Shown here: positions 1 to 9,518 of the stretch, piece after piece
Position numbering within the stretch: position 1 is the stretch's first letter
Layout: each line of letters begins with the position of its first letter
Origin: Candidatus Woesearchaeota archaeon
GTDB lineage: Archaea > Nanobdellota > Nanobdellia > Woesearchaeales > ARS49
Direction of reading: 5' to 3'
Assembly (NCBI GenBank): GCA_016188265.1
Contig: JACPID010000005.1
Span: 1-38,125, forward strand
DNA: 38,125 nt
Notes under the pieces: generated by a model
Seen by the model: the letters and a program-made list of their open reading frames with translations, nothing else
Told to the model about the DNA's origin: nothing
Databases searched by the model: none
Position numbers and translations under genes: made by a program

Positions 1-1
1 T

Positions 2-2881
2 ATGGAAAATAATATTGTGCATCTTGAAAAACAGTATGAATCTGAAGAGATTGAACAACTCTTAATACCAACAGTTAGAGCATGGTTTTTTAATAGGTTT
101 AAAGAGTTTTCAATACCTCAAAAATTTGGTGTTATGGAAATACACAAAAGAAACAATATTCTTGTTTCAGCACCAACAGGGGCAACAAAGACTCTTACAG
201 GGTTTCTCGCAATTCTTAATGAACTTGTTGATTCAGCAGAAAAAGGAATTCTTCAAGATAAAATATACTGTGTTTATATTTCACCATTAAAAGCGCTTAA
301 TCAAGATATTTATGTTAATCTTATTGAACCGCTTAAACAAATTGAAGAAATTGCTGGAAAAGATTTAGGAATAAGAGTTGCAGTAAGAACAGGAGATACA
401 ACTGCTGCTGAAAAATCAAAGATGTTGAAAAAAGTTCCTCACATACTTATAACAACTCCAGAATCTTTAGCAATAGTTCTTTCATCTTTAAGATTTAAAG
501 AGCATTTAAAAAAAGTTGATTGGGTTATTGTTGATGAAATTCATTCTTTAGCAGAAAATAAACGCGGAGTGCACTTGTCATTATCTCTTGAAAGATTACA
601 AAGATTAAGCAGTCATCTTTGCAGAATTGGTTTATCAGCAACAATTAGCCCTTTAGAAAAAGTTGCGCAATTTTTAGTAGGTCATGAAAGATCATGCAGA
701 ATAGTAGATGTTCAGTTTTTGAAAAATCTTGATTTGCAAGTTATTTCACCTGTTTCTAACTTAATTGATTGCCCTCATGCATTATTGCATAAAGAAATGT
801 ATACTCTTATTGATAGGCTTATTCAGGAGCATAAAACAACTTTGATTTTTACAAATACACGATCTGCAACAGAAAGAGTTGTCGACCATCTTAAAACGCG
901 CTTTCCAAAAAATTATCTGAATAATATTGGGGCTCATCATGGCAGTTTAAGCAAAGAATTAAGGCATTCTTTGGAAACAAGATTGCGCAATGGGGAGTTA
1001 AAAGTTGTTGTTTCTTCAACATCTTTAGAGCTTGGTTTGGATATTGGATTTATTGATTTAGTAATTTGTCTTGGCAGTCCGAAAAGTGTGGCGAGATTTC
1101 TTCAAAGATCTGGAAGAAGCGGTCATAGACTGCATGAAACAGTTAAAGCGCGTATTATTGTCATGGATCGTGATGATCTTGTAGAATGTTCTGTTCTTCT
1201 TAAATCTGCTATTGAAAAAAAAATTGATATTCTTCACATTCCTACAAATTGCTTGGATGTGCTTGCACAACAAATTTATGGCATGGCTTTAGAAGATGTA
1301 TGGAATGAAAAAGAATTATTTAAAATAGTTAAACAAAGTTATTGTTATAAAGATCTTTCTTGGCCTGATTTTCAGGAAATTCTTTCTTATCTCGCTGGTG
1401 AATTTGTTGATTTAGAAGAACGTTATATTTATGCTAAAATTTGGCGCAAAGATGGCGTTATTGGCAAGAGGGGTAAAATGAGCCGTGTTATTTACATGAT
1501 GAATATTGGAACAATACCTGATGAATCGTTTATAACTGTTAAAATTGGTGATCAAGTGATTGGGAAGCTTGATGAATCTTTTTTAGAACGATTAAAACCA
1601 GGAGATGTTTTTGTTCTTGGAGGTGATACATATCAATTTAAGTTTAGCAGAGGCACTGTTGCACAAGTTATTGCATCTGCAAACAGGCCTCCTACAGTTC
1701 CTTCTTGGATTAGTGAACTGCTTCCATTAAGTTTTGATCTTGCTTTAGAAATTAGCAGGTTTAGAAGGTTGATGTATGAAAAGTTCAATCATAATAAAGA
1801 GAAGCAAGAAATCATTGAGTTTATTCATAATTACTTGTATGTTGATACTAATGCAGCTAGTGCAATTTATGAATACTTTAAAGAACAGTATGATTATTGC
1901 CACAAAATACCTAATGATAATTTAATCTTAATAGAAAATTATAATGATGAAAGAGAAAACAAAATTATTTTCCACACTTTATTTGGCAGACGAGTTAATG
2001 ATTGTTTAAGCAGAGCTGTTGCTTTTATTGTATCTAGAAAAGAACATAAAAATATTGAGTTGGGCATTAATGACAATGGTTTTTATTTAAGCGGTAATAA
2101 AATTAATGCTAAAGAAGCGCTTAATCTTTTGCGTGCAGGCAAAATTGATATGATAATGAATCAAGCAATTGAGCATTCTGAAGCGTATAAGCGCAGGTTT
2201 AGGCATTGTGCAGCTCGTGCAATGATGATTCTTCGTAATTATATGGGCAGGCAAAAAAGAGTTGGAAGACAACAAGTCAGCAGCCAGATTTTGTTGTCAG
2301 CCCTGAGAAGGTTGAATGAAAACTTTTCTATAATTAAAGAAGCAAAAAGAGAAGTTCTTGAAGATGTGATGGATATTGAAAATACTAAGAAAATTGTAAA
2401 ATTAATTGAAGAAAGTAAAATAAAGATTTCAGAAATTAATTCTCAACTTCCAAGCCCTTTTTCTTTTAATATTGCTCTGCAAGGATACATGGATGTTATG
2501 AAAATAGAAGAAAAGCATGAATTTTTACGAAGAATGCACGAGCTTGTTTTAGAAAGAATAGGCCAAAAACCAGTTAAAAAATATTTAGAACCTCATAAAA
2601 TTTATGATGAATTCTGGAAAAAAGAAGCAGAACAAAAAAAAGCTTATGAAACAGATGAAAAAACACAGCTTATTGAACATGCACGCGTAGCAATTCAAAA
2701 ATTAAAATTACCTAGAGATTATCTTGAAGAAATAGCAAATCTAGTTCAAGGAGATCGTAAAAGTTTTAGACCTGATTTTATTCAATGGCTGGATCAGCTT
2801 GGAAGAAAACCTGTTCCAAAAGCAATAAGCGACAAACTAGCAAAGTACTTAATTAAAGCAAAAGAAGAAGTGAAAGCATAA
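2..2881 (+). CDS. lhr: ATP-dependent SF2 helicase Lhr (archaeal Lhr-core type)
   Basis: 959 aa ORF with Walker A variant APTGATKT, YISPLKAL, DEIH, SAT, HHGSLS, SLELGLDIG, QRSGRSGH and the Lhr-type GTIPD/LDESF region. Confidence 0.93.
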   Translation: MENNIVHLEKQYESEEIEQLLIPTVRAWFFNRFKEFSIPQKFGVMEIHKRNNILVSAPTGATKTLTGFLAILNELVDSAEKGILQDKIYCVYISPLKALNQDIYVNLIEPLKQIEEIAGKDLGIRVAVRTGDTTAAEKSKMLKKVPHILITTPESLAIVLSSLRFKEHLKKVDWVIVDEIHSLAENKRGVHLSLSLERLQRLSSHLCRIGLSATISPLEKVAQFLVGHERSCRIVDVQFLKNLDLQVISPVSNLIDCPHALLHKEMYTLIDRLIQEHKTTLIFTNTRSATERVVDHLKTRFPKNYLNNIGAHHGSLSKELRHSLETRLRNGELKVVVSSTSLELGLDIGFIDLVICLGSPKSVARFLQRSGRSGHRLHETVKARIIVMDRDDLVECSVLLKSAIEKKIDILHIPTNCLDVLAQQIYGMALEDVWNEKELFKIVKQSYCYKDLSWPDFQEILSYLAGEFVDLEERYIYAKIWRKDGVIGKRGKMSRVIYMMNIGTIPDESFITVKIGDQVIGKLDESFLERLKPGDVFVLGGDTYQFKFSRGTVAQVIASANRPPTVPSWISELLPLSFDLALEISRFRRLMYEKFNHNKEKQEIIEFIHNYLYVDTNAASAIYEYFKEQYDYCHKIPNDNLILIENYNDERENKIIFHTLFGRRVNDCLSRAVAFIVSRKEHKNIELGINDNGFYLSGNKINAKEALNLLRAGKIDMIMNQAIEHSEAYKRRFRHCAARAMMILRNYMGRQKRVGRQQVSSQILLSALRRLNENFSIIKEAKREVLEDVMDIENTKKIVKLIEESKIKISEINSQLPSPFSFNIALQGYMDVMKIEEKHEFLRRMHELVLERIGQKPVKKYLEPHKIYDEFWKKEAEQKKAYETDEKTQLIEHARVAIQKLKLPRDYLEEIANLVQGDRKSFRPDFIQWLDQLGRKPVPKAISDKLAKYLIKAKEEVKA

Positions 2882-2891
2882 CTCTTATTGG

Positions 2892-2990
2892 CCAAAAACT
2901 ACCTACTAAACTAAGTAGCGTCTAGTTCACTATAAAATGCTGTGCATTTTATGTGTACAGAACAAGATAAATTGCAAAACAATTTATGTG
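2892..2990. repeat. Degenerate palindromic intergenic element (same family as 3637-3801 and 14761-14852)
   Basis: Hairpins ATAAAATGC-tgt-GCATTTTAT (2932-2952) and ATAAATTG-caaaa-CAATTTAT (2967-2987); GTTCACtAtAAAATGC..GCATTTTaTGTGtACAGAA aligns with 3695-3732. Confidence 0.7.
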
Positions 2991-3023
2991 CGCCGATCCT
3001 GCCGCAAACAAACCGTGAGTTTT

Positions 3024-3377
3024 TCAAAAATCATCAGATGTAAATTGATCTTTATGCTCAGCAACATACACTAAACCCTTGCGAGAAATACGTACAAACT
3101 TATCAAGAATAAATGGAAAAAAACCATATAGTTGTGTTTCAACAAGCTTCTTTTTATGTAAATTTCTTACAAGCTCATAAACATCTCTCTGATTTAATCT
3201 ATTTGCCATGTTAAAGTCTCGCTCATGTACATCTTTTAATATGATATAAGGATCAAGAAAACCATATGTGTCTTTTTCTCCATCGTGTAGATACTCTTTA
3301 TAGAAAATATCTAGTATAACAGTTTCATCGCTTGATAATTGCACATCTTCAACTAGAGACTCTACACCCATGTTCAA
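3024..3377 (-). CDS. Hypothetical protein, possible winged-helix fold
   Basis: 117 aa ORF; C-terminal VYELVRNLHKKKLVE...VRISRKG pattern resembles a wHTH wing; TATA-like TTTTATAA about 20-25 nt upstream. Confidence 0.6.
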   Translation of the reverse strand: MNMGVESLVEDVQLSSDETVILDIFYKEYLHDGEKDTYGFLDPYIILKDVHERDFNMANRLNQRDVYELVRNLHKKKLVETQLYGFFPFILDKFVRISRKGLVYVAEHKDQFTSDDF

Positions 3378-3505
3378 GATTAAGAGAATGTTATTATAAA
3401 ATACTTTCGGTAAAAATTGACCTATACAGTAGCTTAATTAGTTTTAGTAAAAGACAAGAGGAGTTTCTTTGAGCTAATAACGGTTTTACGAGCCATTGTA
3501 GTGTT

Positions 3506-3580
3506 TTATTCTTTTGCGATTTTCCATAAATTGTTGAAGAATGTGGTGAATGATGTTGCTATTTCTGGATTTTTTATTAC
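3506..3580 (-). pseudogene. C-terminal remnant of a TrmB-like transcriptional regulator
   Basis: Minus strand reads VIKNPEIATSFTTFFNNLWKIAKE*, resembling the C-terminus of archaeal TrmB-type regulators; an in-frame stop lies a few codons upstream. Confidence 0.45.
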
Positions 3581-3636
3581 TAGATCAGAAATCAAAAATC
3601 AATTGTCAGACAGCCTCGAGCGTTTTTTAGAAATAT

Positions 3637-3801
3637 GTCAAGAACCACTGGTCAATAGACCAGTGGCATGAAACTTCGGTTTCAGCATCCAGTGGTTCAC
3701 AAGAAAATGCAACGCATTTTCTGTGCACAGAAAATCTTCGATTTTCTAGTGCTTGAGCACACTAAGATTCCACTAGTGTTTCACTAGTGGAATCTTAGTG
3801 T
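3637..3801. repeat. Composite nested palindromic element (REP/PATE-like)
   Basis: CCACTGGTC-aata-GACCAGTGG (3645-3666); TGAAAC-ttcg-GTTTCA (3669-3684); AGAAAATGC-aac-GCATTTTCT; AGAAAATC-ttc-GATTTTCT; perfect 20-bp inverted repeat 3759-3778/3782-3801. Confidence 0.9.
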
Positions 3802-3807
3802 TTAAAG

Positions 3808-4467
3808 TCATGCTTCAAATTTTGTTAAGAATTTATTCATATCTGCACTTGTTGCAACTACCACAATAACATCGTTTTCACAAATAATTTCTTCTGGTGA
3901 GGGAATAATTATTGTTTCTGCGCCATGCCTTACTGCAAGCACCATAACTCGATAAGATTTTCTTAAGTTAATATCTGCAAGTGTTTTGCCAACAAAATCT
4001 TTAGCAACTTTCACTTCTTTCACTCGATAATCAGGAGATATCTCGATAAATTCAAGAATATCAGATGAAGTTAGTTTATTGGCAAGTCTTATGCCGCTTT
4101 CTTTTTCTGGAAAAACAACTTTTGCACCAATTTTTTCAAGAATACGTCCATGCTCGTCATTATGTGCTTTTGCAATAACATTTTTTACTCCAAGATCCTT
4201 TAAGTTCAAGGTAACTAGCATGCTTGCGCTAAGTTCATGGCCTATGGCTACAATTACTGTTTCACAATTTTGAATGCCTGTTTCCCTCAATGCTTCTTTA
4301 TCTTCAGCGCTTACTTGTTTTGCAATAGAAACATAATCTTTTACTTTATCAAGAAATGCTTCATTTTTTTCAAGAGCCATCACTGGATAACCTAATTGTT
4401 CTAATGTGAGCGCAATGCTACTGCCAAATCTTCCTAGTCCAATAACTCCAAAGTTTGGTCTCGCCAT
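3808..4467 (-). CDS. ktrA: Ktr/Trk K+ uptake regulatory RCK subunit (KtrA/TrkA family)
   Basis: 219 aa; N-terminal GLGRFG Rossmann motif, VVFPEKESG, C-terminal TrkA_C domain; adjacent to ktrB. Confidence 0.9.
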   Translation of the reverse strand: MARPNFGVIGLGRFGSSIALTLEQLGYPVMALEKNEAFLDKVKDYVSIAKQVSAEDKEALRETGIQNCETVIVAIGHELSASMLVTLNLKDLGVKNVIAKAHNDEHGRILEKIGAKVVFPEKESGIRLANKLTSSDILEFIEISPDYRVKEVKVAKDFVGKTLADINLRKSYRVMVLAVRHGAETIIIPSPEEIICENDVIVVVATSADMNKFLTKFEA

Positions 4468-4546
4468 ACAATTGCTAAATAAATACTGGTTTTTATATCT
4501 TCTTATTCTCAGGTGTGTATTTACCTAACTTTGCCACTTTATTGAG

Positions 4547-5938
4547 TTATCCAACAGCAACTCCTTCTTCAGGCAGTTGTACTTTGCTTTTGTGGGTTTT
4601 GCTAATTAGTAATATAAATGATAAAGGGCCCATTCTTCCAATAAACATTAAAAGAATGAGGATTGTTTGTGAATATACACTTGCTTGTGTAGTAAGCCCT
4701 GTGCTTAATCCAACAGTGCTAAATGCAGAAATTACTTCAAACAAACTTGCTTTTAAAGTTGCTCCTTCATGAGAACTTATGAGGAATGTTGCTCCAAAAA
4801 TAATGACTATGCTCACTAAGAGAATAACAAAGACTTTTTGAATAATTTCATCATTAATTCTTCGATTGAGTATTTCTGTGTGTGGTTTTTGCAGTATAAA
4901 ACTCAGTATTGTTGCAAATGCTAATGCAGCGGTTGTTGTTTTAATGCCTCCTGCAGTGCTGCCTGGAGAGCCGCCAATAAACATAAGAAAATCAAGTACA
5001 AGTGTGGATGGCAAGGTGAGCTTTGAAATGTCAATTGTATTAAATCCTGTGGTGCGTGCACTTATTGATTGAAAGCTTGCTGCTAGTATTTTACTAGGAA
5101 TGCTTAATGGTTGCAAAGTGTGTTCGTTTGTTCTTTCAAAAAATAAAATGCCTAAGGTTCCTATAATAATCAAAAAAAAACTCATAATCACAACAATCTT
5201 TGCATGCAAAGACATAACTGTTATCTCTTTTCTCCAAAGTTGCAATAATTCTGTTAATACAAAAAAACCAAGCCCGCCAGCAATAATTAGCAGCATTATT
5301 GTGATGTTTATAATAGGGTTTGTGGCAAATGCAGTTAAGCTTTGGAAATTACCCATAATATCAAAACCAGCATTATTAAAGGCTGAAATAGCATGGAAAA
5401 TGCCGTAGAAAACTCCTTTTTTTATGCCAAAATAAAAAGACCAAACAATTGAAAGCATAAACATTCCTAAACCTTCAAAAATAATTACTAATGCAAGTAC
5501 TTTTCTTCCAAAAGAAACAATATCTCCTAGTGAAGGTAAATTAAGTTGTTCTTGCATAAAAATACCTTGCTTTAATGGCATGTTGTTTCCTGTGAGAAAG
5601 AAAAAAGATAATACTGTCATATATCCTAAGCCTCCTAAATGAATGAGAAATAGTATGATTAAGTAACCAATTAAAGAGAAGGTATTTCCTGTGTCAACTA
5701 CTACTAATCCTGTAACTGTTGTTGCTGAAGTAGCAGTAAATATTGCTTGAAAGAACGTTATTGATTTTCCTGGCTTTAATGCAAAAGAACTCTGCAATAA
5801 AAAAGCACCTATGAGAATGATGAAGAAAAAACCTGTAATGATTAACTTAATAGGGCTTACTCTTTTTTTCAAAAGAGGTTTGTCAAAACGAGATGAAAAT
5901 AAGCGGACAGGTTCTCCAACATTTCTTTCTGGCTCCAT
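4547..5938 (-). CDS. ktrB: Ktr/Trk K+ uptake membrane subunit (KtrB/TrkH family)
   Basis: Four pore-loop motifs TVTGL, FNNAGF, ARTTGF, FSTVGLS; MFIGGSPGSTAGGIKTTT; MFIGRMGPL. Confidence 0.92.
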   Translation of the reverse strand: MEPERNVGEPVRLFSSRFDKPLLKKRVSPIKLIITGFFFIILIGAFLLQSSFALKPGKSITFFQAIFTATSATTVTGLVVVDTGNTFSLIGYLIILFLIHLGGLGYMTVLSFFFLTGNNMPLKQGIFMQEQLNLPSLGDIVSFGRKVLALVIIFEGLGMFMLSIVWSFYFGIKKGVFYGIFHAISAFNNAGFDIMGNFQSLTAFATNPIINITIMLLIIAGGLGFFVLTELLQLWRKEITVMSLHAKIVVIMSFFLIIIGTLGILFFERTNEHTLQPLSIPSKILAASFQSISARTTGFNTIDISKLTLPSTLVLDFLMFIGGSPGSTAGGIKTTTAALAFATILSFILQKPHTEILNRRINDEIIQKVFVILLVSIVIIFGATFLISSHEGATLKASLFEVISAFSTVGLSTGLTTQASVYSQTILILLMFIGRMGPLSFILLISKTHKSKVQLPEEGVAVG

Positions 5939-6034
5939 AACTATATTTCATAGAACAATGTATTTAAATATTAATGTTACAAACATAATCTTTATATTTA
6001 TCTAGCTCTATAAGTTTTGTAAAAAGAGGTTATT

Positions 6035-7729
6035 ATGGTAGAAAGTATTTTTGTTTCATTAAGTGTCATTGTTTTAATAACTGCAGTTATTTCTGGCATC
6101 ATACGTTTGTTTCGTCAACCATTAATTATTGCGTATATTATTACAGGCATTGTTATAAGTCCGTATTTCTTAAATCTGTTGCATGCTGTTGATACTTTCA
6201 GGGCATTTTCACAAATTGGTGTTGCTTTATTGTTGTTTATTGTTGGCCTTAACTTGAACCCGAAGCTTGCAAGAGATGTTGGCTGGATTTCTGTTTTAAC
6301 AGGATTAGGGCAAGTAATTTTTACTGCAGGTATTGGTTACTATATTGCACAATATTTGGGTTTTGATTTTATAACTTCATTATATATTGCTGTTGCACTT
6401 ACTTTTAGCAGTACAATTATTATAATGAAACTTCTTTCAGATAAGGGGGAATTAGAAACTTTACATGGTAGAATTTCTGTTGGATTTTTACTTGTTCAGG
6501 ATTTTATTGCTATTCTTTTGCTATTATTTGCTTCTTCTTTAGGAACAGTTGGTATGGCTTCTTTTGTTGTTAGATCTTTTATTACAGGCATTTTGTTGAT
6601 TATTGTTTTATTTTTTATAAGTACAACTGTATTAAATAAGATAAGTTCGTGGATGGCTGAGTCGCAGGAACTTCTTTTTCTTTTTGCACTTGCTTGGTGT
6701 TTTTCTATAGCTTCAATTTTTGCATACTTTAATTTATCAATAGAAATAGGGGCTTTTATTGCAGGAGTTAGCTTGTCTTTTTCACCATATCATTATGAAA
6801 TGAGTTCAAGAATTAGGCCTTTGCGAGATTTCTTTCTTATTATGTTTTTTGTTTTATTAGGTTCGCAAATGGATTTTCGATTTATTTCACAATTTATTAA
6901 GCCAACAATTATTTTTTCACTTTTTATTTTAATAGGCAATCCTTTGATTGTATTCTTTATTATGCTTTTATTTCGTTATACTGCTAGAACAAGTTTTAAA
7001 GCAGGAATTACTGTTGCGCAAATAAGTGAATTTTCATTTATTCTTATAACTTTAGGAGTTAAAATTGGCCATATTCCTAGAGAAATTATTTCATTTATTA
7101 CTTTAGTTGGAATTATAACAATTGCAGGATCTACTTACTTGATCATGTATTCAGATAATATTTTTTCTACATTGTCAAAATTTTTGTTATTATTTCAAAG
7201 AAAAAAATTAATCAGCGATGGTGCTAAAAAAAGGACTTGCAAAATATTACTGCTTGGTTTTAATAGAATGGGCAGTAGTATATATGATGCATTAAGAGCT
7301 TATAAAAAAGACCTTCTTGTTATTGATTATGATCCTCAAATTATTAGAAAGCTTGAACAGTTTAAAATTCCTCACAGGTACGGTGATGTGTATGATTTGG
7401 AATTATTAGATGATATTTCATTAAAGAAAACTAAGATAATAATTTCTACTGTTGCTGATTATGATACTGATATGTTGATATTGAGAAAAATAAGAAAAGA
7501 AGCGCCATCTTCACTATACGTGTGTGTTTCTAAAAATATAAAGCATGCGCTTCAATTATATGACGCAGGAGCATCTTATATTATTACACCGCATATTTTA
7601 GGAGCGCAATATGCTGCTCACTTGCTTAAACAGCATGGCTTGAAAAAGAGTTTTTTAAAAAAAGAAAAAAGAAAACATATTAATCAGTTGTATAAAATAG
7701 TTCTTAACATGTATGGTGGGAAGATTTGA
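6035..7729 (+). CDS. CPA2/Kef-type cation:proton antiporter with C-terminal TrkA_N (RCK) domain
   Basis: About 13 TM segments; LLFIVGL, FSSTIII, LLVQDF, RDFF, AQISEFSF; C-terminal IDYDP/YGD RCK motifs. Confidence 0.88.
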   Translation: MVESIFVSLSVIVLITAVISGIIRLFRQPLIIAYIITGIVISPYFLNLLHAVDTFRAFSQIGVALLLFIVGLNLNPKLARDVGWISVLTGLGQVIFTAGIGYYIAQYLGFDFITSLYIAVALTFSSTIIIMKLLSDKGELETLHGRISVGFLLVQDFIAILLLLFASSLGTVGMASFVVRSFITGILLIIVLFFISTTVLNKISSWMAESQELLFLFALAWCFSIASIFAYFNLSIEIGAFIAGVSLSFSPYHYEMSSRIRPLRDFFLIMFFVLLGSQMDFRFISQFIKPTIIFSLFILIGNPLIVFFIMLLFRYTARTSFKAGITVAQISEFSFILITLGVKIGHIPREIISFITLVGIITIAGSTYLIMYSDNIFSTLSKFLLLFQRKKLISDGAKKRTCKILLLGFNRMGSSIYDALRAYKKDLLVIDYDPQIIRKLEQFKIPHRYGDVYDLELLDDISLKKTKIIISTVADYDTDMLILRKIRKEAPSSLYVCVSKNIKHALQLYDAGASYIITPHILGAQYAAHLLKQHGLKKSFLKKEKRKHINQLYKIVLNMYGGKI

Positions 7730-7776
7730 TTATCATAAAACATAACTTTTTTAAAAGAATTAGCAATTATTAAAGT

Positions 7777-9174
7777 ATGGGGGAGAATTTATCTGAAATT
7801 ATTGAAGAATATAAAGTTTTGGACACTAATGTTCTTTTGCATGGTGGTGCAAAGGTATTGTCTGCTTTTAAGCCTAAGCGGAAAGATAAAGTTACAACTT
7901 TAATTATTCCGCTTGTTGTTTTTAATGAGCTTGATAAGTTTAAACGTGATATGAATACTCTTGGCAAAAATGCTCGTGCTGTGGCAAATGCCATTAAGGA
8001 AGCAAGAAAAAAAGAAGGCGGTTCTTTGTTGGATGGTGTGAAACTTTCTGATAATTATTATGTTAAATCAATTAGAAAATATGATGATAAATTAGATAAA
8101 GAATTTAATGGTGTTTTAGAGCAAAATAAGCCAGATACTGTAATTTTTAAAACTGCACTTAGTCTTCATCGACAAGGTAAAAAAGTTGAATTTGTTACCC
8201 ATGACACTATTCTTTCAAATATTGCTGATGCTTGCGGTATAACTGTTAATGAATGGGAAGATTTTAGTGTTTTAACAGATTACTCTTCTCTTTACAAAGG
8301 ACGTAGAATATTGTCTGTTCGTGATGGCTTGATTGATTCTTTTTATGAAAAAAAGCGTATTTCTCTTGAAGAGTTTATATATTGTGAAGATGAAAAAACT
8401 ATCAGATACGTTGAAAAAAATTCATTATTTTCAAATGAATATTTTTTACTAAAAAGTTTAGAAGCTTCTAAAAAAACAGCGCTTGCTCGTTATGATGCAG
8501 TAAAACAAAAACTTGTTCCACTTCATCCTTTAACTGAAAAAAATATTGGCAATCTTACTTGTAAAAATTATGAACAAAAATTTGCAATGGATGCTCTTCT
8601 TACTCCAGATATTTCTCTCGTACATTTAATTGGGCCTGCTGGAACTGGAAAAACTATTCTGGCGCTTGCTGCTGCTTGTTATGGTGTTATGGAAAAGATA
8701 TATAAAAAGATTTTTATTACAAAACCTCTTGTTGCAAGTGGGAAAAAAGATATTGGATTTTTGCCTGGATCAAAAGAGGAGAAATTAAAAAGTTGGGTTG
8801 CTCCTATTTATGATAATCTTCCCCTTTTGATAACTAATGAAAAAGAAATTAAGCAATTTAGTGAAAGCTATATTGAGGCTGAAGCAAGCACTTATCTTCG
8901 TGGAAGAAGTCTGCCTGAAATATTTTTTATTTTAGATGAATGTCAGAACGCAACGCCAGATGAAGTTAAAACAACAGTCACTCGTATTGGTGAAGATTCA
9001 AAAGTTGTTCTAACAGGGGATCCTTCTCAGATAGATGATCCTTATTTAAGTGATACAAATAATGGATTGTGCCATTCTAATGAAAGAATGAAAAAAGAAG
9101 ATTTTGTTGCTACAATATTTATGGAGCAATGTGTACGCAGTAAACTTTCTGAAGCTGCTGCTAAATTATTGTGA
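7777..9174 (+). CDS. PIN-PhoH protein (PhoH2/YlaK family; PIN RNase plus ATPase)
   Basis: VLDTNVLLH and ELDKFK PIN motifs; GPAGTGKT, GFLPG, YLRGRSL, DECQN, TGDPSQID. Confidence 0.9.
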   Translation: MGENLSEIIEEYKVLDTNVLLHGGAKVLSAFKPKRKDKVTTLIIPLVVFNELDKFKRDMNTLGKNARAVANAIKEARKKEGGSLLDGVKLSDNYYVKSIRKYDDKLDKEFNGVLEQNKPDTVIFKTALSLHRQGKKVEFVTHDTILSNIADACGITVNEWEDFSVLTDYSSLYKGRRILSVRDGLIDSFYEKKRISLEEFIYCEDEKTIRYVEKNSLFSNEYFLLKSLEASKKTALARYDAVKQKLVPLHPLTEKNIGNLTCKNYEQKFAMDALLTPDISLVHLIGPAGTGKTILALAAACYGVMEKIYKKIFITKPLVASGKKDIGFLPGSKEEKLKSWVAPIYDNLPLLITNEKEIKQFSESYIEAEASTYLRGRSLPEIFFILDECQNATPDEVKTTVTRIGEDSKVVLTGDPSQIDDPYLSDTNNGLCHSNERMKKEDFVATIFMEQCVRSKLSEAAAKLL

Positions 9175-9206
9175 TAATATAGCAAACGCATTATTAAGTT
9201 CGGCGC

Positions 9207-9506
9207 CTATACTTTGCATCTTAGCCATCCTATTTTTTTCGCAATAGAATGTATTTTGTTAAGTAATTTATCAACAACTTCTCTTGGCAGATCATATTCT
9301 TGTTCAAATACTGCGACCCAGTTCATTAAATCACGCAGTTCATTCTCGACATTTTTTATTTCATTTGTATCTAATGATGCTCTTACTGCCGGTAATCTTA
9401 TTTCAGATCCTGTTTTAAGTACAGCTTTTTTTGGTTTTGCTTTTTTCAAAGAAGCTTTTTTTGTTGATTTTGCTTTAGTTGGTTTTTTTCTTTTTGGTTT
9501 TGCCAT
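9207..9506 (-). CDS. Small protein with Lys/Ala-rich (histone H1-like) N-terminus
   Basis: MAKPKRKKPTKAKSTKKASLKKAKPKK...; SD GAGGTGA 5 nt upstream of ATG 9506 (ORF track starts at 9515). Confidence 0.7.
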   Translation of the reverse strand: MAKPKRKKPTKAKSTKKASLKKAKPKKAVLKTGSEIRLPAVRASLDTNEIKNVENELRDLMNWVAVFEQEYDLPREVVDKLLNKIHSIAKKIGWLRCKV

Positions 9507-9518
9507 AAATTTCACCTC

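Noticed and set aside
3637..3801. CRISPR array or tRNA/ncRNA gene
   Set aside because: No regularly spaced direct repeats with spacers, no cloverleaf and no cas genes; the structure is inverted repeats
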